Assembly: GCA_945861645.1 (NCBI GenBank)
Contig: CAMAVZ010000045.1
Coordinates: forward strand, 1 to 13,103
Origin: Opitutus sp. GAS368
Lineage (GTDB): Bacteria; Verrucomicrobiota; Verrucomicrobiia; Opitutales; Opitutaceae
DNA: 13,103 bases
Direction of reading: 5' to 3'
The translations under genes were made by a program, and so were the position numbers. The notes beneath the pieces were generated by a model. The model made no database searches. It saw nothing but the letters and a program-made list of their open reading frames with translations, and was not told the DNA's origin. How positions within the stretch are numbered: position 1 is the stretch's first letter; each line of letters opens with the position of its first letter. This document shows, piece after piece, positions 8,238 through 13,103 of the stretch.

Positions 8238-9527
8238 TTATTTTTTCGGCAGGGTCGTGATGTCCGCGAGATGCTCGGCTTTCCAGCGCATCGCCATGAG
8301 AATTCGATTATAACCGCTGGGGTGGTCGAAGAAGAAAATTTCTTCCCACTTGCCCGGGGCAAGCTTGCGGTATTCAGAAAGTTTGAGCGCCGTGGTGGCA
8401 AAGCCATCGGGTTGTCGCGCCGCGTTGAGGCCGAAGATATCCGCTTCCACTTCATTGGTGCGAATGATCGTGTTGCGAACGGGGGTCGCGATGGTCATGA
8501 AAATTGCCAAGCCTGCGAGCAAGAGGGGTAGGCCGGCGAAGTCGTCGATTCCCCGCAGTCCCCAGGCCGCGCCGAAGCGGCGACTGGCCCAGTCGTAAAA
8601 CCAGTGGGTAAACCAGAAGCCGGCGCAGATCAAGAGGGAGAAATCGATGACCATCTTGTAAATATGGTTCAGCACATAGTGGCCTAGTTCGTGGCCCATG
8701 ACGGCCTGAACTTCTTGGGGCGAGCAGCGGTTGAGCAGGTTATCATTGAGGGAGACGCGAATGGTGTTCAGCGCGCCGCTGACATTGGCGCTCACTCGCT
8801 TGGATTGTTTAGAGGCGTCGAATTGATAGACGTTATCCGCGGGTACTCCGTTCGCGCGGGCCAGAGATAGAATCGGGTCGCGCACCTTCGCATCGGTCAG
8901 GGCGGTATATTTATTAAAAAGTGGGGCAATAAATACGGGGGCCAGCACCATCATAAAAATCATGAAGAATGGGGTCGCGAACGAGGCGCGCACCCACCAG
9001 CGCTGGGGTGATTTGCGGATGCCGAGATAAAGCAGCGAGCCGATTAAGCTGAAGATGATCGTGCCCACCAAAAGAGATTTAAGCTGTTCGGATAACCAGC
9101 CGCTGGGGGTCAGATTGGAGAGACCAAAGCGATGTTCGCGGATGAAGCCTTCATAATAATCTGACGGCAGCGTTAGGACCCAGTTGATTACTGCAAAGAG
9201 GGTGATAAAAAGCAGGCCTTGTAGATAGCGCGCGGAGAGCAGGCGTTCCGCCAGATTGCGAATTTTCACGGTGACTCCCCAGCGGAGCAGCGCCCAAGTG
9301 ATGATGAGCGTGAGCGCTAGATTCCAGAGCTGAAAAATATAGCCGCCTTCAAAGTAAGCGTCGGATTGAGCGCGCGCGGCGGCGGGCATCGTAGCCAGCA
9401 ATTTATTAGTTTCTAAAACGGGATCAAAACTCGTGGCAGATTGAGCAGAGCTGAGGGCGAAAAAACCAAGGAGTAGAGAAAGCCCGAGCGAGCGCTGGGC
9501 GAGGCGGGAACGGCGGGGTGTAAGCAT
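8238..9527 (-). CDS. M48 family Ste24-like integral membrane zinc metallopeptidase (429 aa)
   Basis: HELGH (HEXXH) zinc motif in AVMGHELGHY, NEVEAD third ligand, DHPS motif, EHRFGLSN and APLFNKYTAL of the Ste24 N-terminal domain, multiple TMs, signal-peptide-like N-terminus. Confidence 0.93.
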   Translation of the reverse strand: MLTPRRSRLAQRSLGLSLLLGFFALSSAQSATSFDPVLETNKLLATMPAAARAQSDAYFEGGYIFQLWNLALTLIITWALLRWGVTVKIRNLAERLLSARYLQGLLFITLFAVINWVLTLPSDYYEGFIREHRFGLSNLTPSGWLSEQLKSLLVGTIIFSLIGSLLYLGIRKSPQRWWVRASFATPFFMIFMMVLAPVFIAPLFNKYTALTDAKVRDPILSLARANGVPADNVYQFDASKQSKRVSANVSGALNTIRVSLNDNLLNRCSPQEVQAVMGHELGHYVLNHIYKMVIDFSLLICAGFWFTHWFYDWASRRFGAAWGLRGIDDFAGLPLLLAGLAIFMTIATPVRNTIIRTNEVEADIFGLNAARQPDGFATTALKLSEYRKLAPGKWEEIFFFDHPSGYNRILMAMRWKAEHLADITTLPKK

Positions 9528-9599
9528 GTGCGTTTAAAGCCGGCGCAGCGGCTAAGCGCAAATGAGATTCGAGGTCGCCCCCGTGGCTCGGGCCCAGCC

Positions 9600-9627
9600 A
9601 AAAAAGGGCACCACTGAATGCGTGCGC
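9600..9627 (-). terminator. Weak intrinsic terminator candidate after the NamZ-family gene
   Basis: Minus strand after TAA reads GCGCACGCATTCAGTGGTGCCCTTTTTT: an imperfect GCAC...GTGC stem followed by U6. Confidence 0.3.
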
Positions 9628-10992
9628 TTACCGGTAGAGCCAAAACTTCTTGGTTTCGTCTTGGTAGATCTTTGCGCGGGTCGTCCAGTTTTGGATGAAG
9701 CTCGCGACATTGATCGTGCGGCCTTCACGGCTGAGAGCGGTGAGCCAAGCATTGGAGCCTACGTGAATTTTAAAAGTGCGGGCCTCTTCGCTCGTCAGCG
9801 TGACAAAAGGATTTAGCCGCTGCCAAGTCGCCGCTTGTTTGTGCATATAGAAGGAGAGTTCAGTCGGATGCCACGCCTCCCAATCGGCGATTTGCACATA
9901 GACCCCCGTGATGGTTTTACCTTCGCGATCGAGGCCGGGTAGCTTCACTAACTTGAGGCCAGGGATTTTGTAGGCCTCAAGGGCTTTGATAATTTCATCG
10001 GGAGTTTTCCTGGGAAACCCGATGCCGCGAAACGGAAAATCGCGACCGATGCCCCAGGTCCAGCCACTATTTTGGGTGCCGAGCCCCACCATAGCATAGC
10101 CAATGACGGCCTCGTAGCTGGGCACGTTGGGGGAGGTCGCAATCCATTTTAATTCAGTGTCCGGCCAGCGCATGGTGCGCGTCCAACCGCGCATGGGAAT
10201 GACGGTTAATTTGCCCTTGGCGCGTATTGCTTCAGTGAGCGGCATGCCCGCGATCGTGCGCGAGCCCTCTTTGGCCATGCGGGCAATTTCTCCAATCGTT
10301 AGCCCATGCACGTACGGCATGCGCGGAAAAGCACCGACGCCGCTCATGTTTTCTGGATCGAGCGGCGGTCCATCCACTTTCAGACCGCCGAGGGGATTGG
10401 GTCGATCCAAGACGATGACTTCGACGCCGTGGGTGAAACAAGCATCCATCGCGAGGCGCATCACGACGTTGAAGGTATAGGAGCGGACGCCGATATCTTG
10501 GAGGTCGATGACGAGCGCATCGAGGCCTTTGAGCTGGGCTTTGGTGGGCTTGCGGTTTTTTCCGTGGAGGGAGTAGACCGTCAAGCCGGTGCGCTTATCC
10601 ACGGTGTCGCCAAAATTATCACCCGCCTTAACTTGTCCTTCAAGTCCATGTTCCGGCGCAAACAGCGTAACCAATTTTACGTTCGGCGCGCGGCGGAGAA
10701 CCTCGAGCGTGCTTTCGCCGCGGCGATTGACGCCAGGGGGATGGGTGAGCAGGCCGATTTTTTTCCCCGCGATGGCGGCAAATTTATCCGCCTCCAAAAC
10801 ATCAATGCCGAGGAGAACCGGGGGCAGTTTTTCGGCGGGTGGAGTAATTGTTGCCGGGCCGGGCCGAGTGATAGCCGGGGGTGGTAATTTAGCGGCCGCC
10901 TTGGTGGGTTTGCTGACACAACCCAGACTCATGGCTAAAAAACCGACCGCGAGCGTGCCGAAAGAAATTTTCACGAAAGGCCGGAGCAGCAT
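9628..10992 (-). CDS. namZ: NamZ/DUF1343 (GH171) exo-beta-N-acetylmuramidase family protein, predicted lipoprotein (454 aa)
   Basis: LGIDVL, GKKIGLLTH, LFAPEHGLEG, YSLHG, IDLQDIGVRSYTF, VLDRPNPLGG, HGLTIGE, TSPNVP motifs. Start reassigned to ATG 10992 (MLLRPFVKISFGTLAVGFLAMSLG-C25), followed by a Pro/Ala-rich linker. Confidence 0.9.
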   Translation of the reverse strand: MLLRPFVKISFGTLAVGFLAMSLGCVSKPTKAAAKLPPPAITRPGPATITPPAEKLPPVLLGIDVLEADKFAAIAGKKIGLLTHPPGVNRRGESTLEVLRRAPNVKLVTLFAPEHGLEGQVKAGDNFGDTVDKRTGLTVYSLHGKNRKPTKAQLKGLDALVIDLQDIGVRSYTFNVVMRLAMDACFTHGVEVIVLDRPNPLGGLKVDGPPLDPENMSGVGAFPRMPYVHGLTIGEIARMAKEGSRTIAGMPLTEAIRAKGKLTVIPMRGWTRTMRWPDTELKWIATSPNVPSYEAVIGYAMVGLGTQNSGWTWGIGRDFPFRGIGFPRKTPDEIIKALEAYKIPGLKLVKLPGLDREGKTITGVYVQIADWEAWHPTELSFYMHKQAATWQRLNPFVTLTSEEARTFKIHVGSNAWLTALSREGRTINVASFIQNWTTRAKIYQDETKKFWLYR

Positions 10993-11006
10993 AAGCCGTG
11001 ATTTTT

Positions 11007-11031
11007 GAAAATGGCTCGCCGCGTTGGCGAG
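11007..11031 (-). terminator. Short hairpin between glycerate kinase and namZ (terminator or regulatory palindrome)
   Basis: Minus strand CTCGCC-AACGC-GGCGAG-CCATTTTC (arms 11015-11020 and 11026-11031). Confidence 0.3.
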
Positions 11032-11050
11032 GAGAATCGGGGGGCATTGG

Positions 11051-12226
11051 TCATCGTGGCGGGAGTTGCTCGAGTCGTACGCGGGCGATGGCGCAGGCGA
11101 GCAACTCCGCCGTGCGGGGAAGCGCAACGGCAAGTGGCAGGTCAGTTGGTGTGATGGCATGGAGTTCACCATCGGGGGGTAAGCCTAGGCTGCCGGCGAA
11201 AACATGGACAGGTTTGCCGAGTCGGCGAGCCGCGTTGACCAGTGAGCCGGGGCCTTTGCCCTCCAGCGAAGTGAGATCAAAGCGACCTTCTCCGGTTAAG
11301 ATGAGATCGGCCGCATGAATGCGACTGGGTAAATTTAGCCAGTCCGAGACGAGGTCATAGCCCGGTACTAATTTTGCGCCGTACGCTACCATGAGCCCGA
11401 AGGCGATGCCGCCGGCGGCGCCTGCTCCGGGGGTGTGGGCCAGGGTGAATGATTGTCCGCACGTTGAGCAGAGGAGGGCGGCGAGACGCGCCGCCTGAGC
11501 TTCGAGCCGAGCGATGTCGGTGGCGCGTAATCCTTTTTGGGGGCCAAAGATAGTCGTGGCTCCGCGGGGTCCGAGGAGTGGGTTCGTGACATCGCAGGCA
11601 ATAAAAATGGCGGAAATTTTTTTCGCGCCTGACCGATCGATACGCTGAATTTGCGACCAGCGAGCGGGTGTGGGGACCCCGAGATCGGCGCCCGCGCCAT
11701 CATAAAATTTAAAACCCAGGGCGGCGAGTGCGCCGAGTCCTAGGTCATTGGTCGCGCTGCCGCCGACGCCGATTAAGATGGTGCCCGCTCCGGCCTCTGC
11801 GGCGAGCCGCACGAGCTCGCCGGTGCCGTAGGTGGAAGTTTGCCAGGGATCGCGTTCGCTGGGCGCCAGTAAGGCGAGCCCGCTGGCGGATGACAGATCG
11901 ACGATCGCGAGGGGCGCGTTGATGGCGCTTGGATTATTTCCCAGCGCGAGGTGTCGAGTCGCGTTCGCGGGAATATTTTTGGCCGTGATCAATCCGAGCT
12001 GGGCCTTGACTGGCTGACCGCGCGGCCCGGCAACAGTCGGCGTGCGAATTTCGCCGTGCGCTGCGGTGGTGAGGGTTTCGCCGAAGCCTTCGCCGCCGTC
12101 GGTGAGCGGACAGAGATCGAGTTGCCAATCAGGATAGTGGGTGCGCAGGGTCGTTGCGGCCACGGCGCAGGCTTCGGCGGCCGACAGCGCGTCCTTAAAT
12201 TTATCGAAGGCGATAAGTACGCGCAT
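11051..12226 (-). CDS. glxK: Glycerate kinase, GlxK/GarK family (391 aa)
   Basis: MRVLIAFDKFKDALSA, PLTDGGEG, STYGTGEL, GVGGSATNDLGLG, CDVTNPLLGPRGA..FGPQKG, PGAGAAGG, TGEGRFD..SLEGK motifs. Confidence 0.95.
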   Translation of the reverse strand: MRVLIAFDKFKDALSAAEACAVAATTLRTHYPDWQLDLCPLTDGGEGFGETLTTAAHGEIRTPTVAGPRGQPVKAQLGLITAKNIPANATRHLALGNNPSAINAPLAIVDLSSASGLALLAPSERDPWQTSTYGTGELVRLAAEAGAGTILIGVGGSATNDLGLGALAALGFKFYDGAGADLGVPTPARWSQIQRIDRSGAKKISAIFIACDVTNPLLGPRGATTIFGPQKGLRATDIARLEAQAARLAALLCSTCGQSFTLAHTPGAGAAGGIAFGLMVAYGAKLVPGYDLVSDWLNLPSRIHAADLILTGEGRFDLTSLEGKGPGSLVNAARRLGKPVHVFAGSLGLPPDGELHAITPTDLPLAVALPRTAELLACAIARVRLEQLPPR

Positions 12227-12236
12227 CGTAAAAAAT

Positions 12237-13103
12237 TCAGGCTCGAGCGCGGCGCCGAGCCACCACCGCTTGGGCTAATTGCTCGAGCCCGGGGAGAGTT
12301 TCCTGCCAGGAGAGACAGGCGTCGGTGATGCTTTGCCCATGAACCAAAGCGCGGCCTGGCTCGTGTTTTTGGCTGCCGGCGACGAGATTGCTTTCGAGCA
12401 TAACGCCGATGATCGCGCGTTCGCCGCCCGCAATTTGACCGGCGATATCCTGAGCCACGGTAATCTGGGCGGCGGGCTCTTTGCCGCTATTGCCGTGACT
12501 GCAATCGATGAGCACGACCGGAGCGGCCGCTGATTTCTTGAGCAGAGCCACGGCGGTCTGCACGGCGGCGCGGTTAAAATTTGGTCCGGTGCGACTGCCC
12601 CCGCGCAGTACGAGATGACCTTCGGGGTTACCGGTGGTGCTGAGGATTGCGGCAGCGCCTTCGCGGGTGAGGGAAGGGAAAGAGTGAGGATGCTGGGCGG
12701 ACACAATGGCATCAACCGCGACCTGCAGATCACCGTCGGTGCGATTTTTAAAACCGACCGGCATCGAGAGGCCGGAAGCGAGTTCGCGATGAATTTGGCT
12801 TTCGGTGGTGCGGGCGCCGATAGCGGCCCAAGCTACGAGGTCCGCATAATATTGTCCAAGGGTGGTATCCAGAAACTCCGTGCCGATGGGCAGGCCTAGA
12901 GCGTTGATATCGAGCAGGAGCCGGCGGGCTAAGCGCAAGCCGGTGTTGACTTGAAAACTGCCATCGAGGTGGGGGTCATTGATGAGTCCTTTCCAGCCAA
13001 CGACGGTCCGGGGTTTTTCAAAATAAACGCGCATAACAATCAGCAAGTCGCGCGCGAGGCGGGTGGCGACGGGCTGAAGTTGCTGCGCGTATTCGAGCGC
13101 CGC
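12237..13103 (-). CDS. Class I (AroF/AroG/AroH type) 3-deoxy-7-phosphoheptulonate (DAHP) synthase; 5' end outside window
   Basis: Frame is open to the right edge (AALEYAQQLQPVATRLARDLLIVMRVYFEKPRT). GWKGLINDP, IGARTTESQIHRE, GFKN, DCSHGNS, GQSITDAC motifs. The feedback-sensitive paralog cannot be assigned. Confidence 0.96.
   Translation of the reverse strand, partial: AALEYAQQLQPVATRLARDLLIVMRVYFEKPRTVVGWKGLINDPHLDGSFQVNTGLRLARRLLLDINALGLPIGTEFLDTTLGQYYADLVAWAAIGARTTESQIHRELASGLSMPVGFKNRTDGDLQVAVDAIVSAQHPHSFPSLTREGAAAILSTTGNPEGHLVLRGGSRTGPNFNRAAVQTAVALLKKSAAAPVVLIDCSHGNSGKEPAAQITVAQDIAGQIAGGERAIIGVMLESNLVAGSQKHEPGRALVHGQSITDACLSWQETLPGLEQLAQAVVARRRARA

Noticed and set aside
9507-9527. Twin-arginine (Tat) signal in the M48 peptidase (TPRRSRL)
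   Set aside because: Lacks the S/T-R-R-x-F-L-K consensus, and a polytopic membrane protein is an unlikely Tat substrate.
10993-11172. 60 aa N-terminal extension of the NamZ ORF
   Set aside because: Overlaps the glycerate kinase 3' end by 122 nt and would bury the lipoprotein signal starting at ATG 10992.
10127-12899. Multiple 60-193 aa plus-strand ORFs (e.g. 10306..10887)
   Set aside because: Antisense to well-supported genes; expected in GC-rich DNA with few stops.
1-13103. CRISPR array, tRNA/rRNA, IS element, prophage or defence system
   Set aside because: No regularly spaced repeats, cloverleaf, transposase, integrase or defence-type genes seen; intergenic gaps are all under 150 bp. xseA is a housekeeping nuclease here.

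Overview
GC-rich bacterial chromosomal segment. Gene content, the near absence of Shine-Dalgarno sites and apparently leaderless starts suggest Verrucomicrobiota (Opitutae-like); this is an inference, not proven. The left part (1-6226) is a divergently arranged envelope glycosylation locus. On the minus strand are a soluble DPM1-like GT2, a GtrB-like GT2 with two C-terminal TM helices, and a >550 aa polytopic GT-C-like protein that the ORF track misses because it runs off the left edge. On the plus strand are a second GT-C-like protein split by a one-base frameshift near 3717-3727 and a DedA/TVP38 (VTT) protein. Then come xseA and an atypical exported, Zn-free MsrB with an extra N-terminal Cys pair. 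Converging from the right are a class I DAHP synthase (partial), glycerate kinase, a NamZ/DUF1343-family lipoprotein and a Ste24-like M48 peptidase. No RNA gene, CRISPR array or mobile element was seen. Best candidates for novelty: the two-GT2 / two-GT-C / DedA locus with no GtrA in view, the frameshift, the MsrB cysteine layout, and promoters carrying inverted repeats in their spacers.
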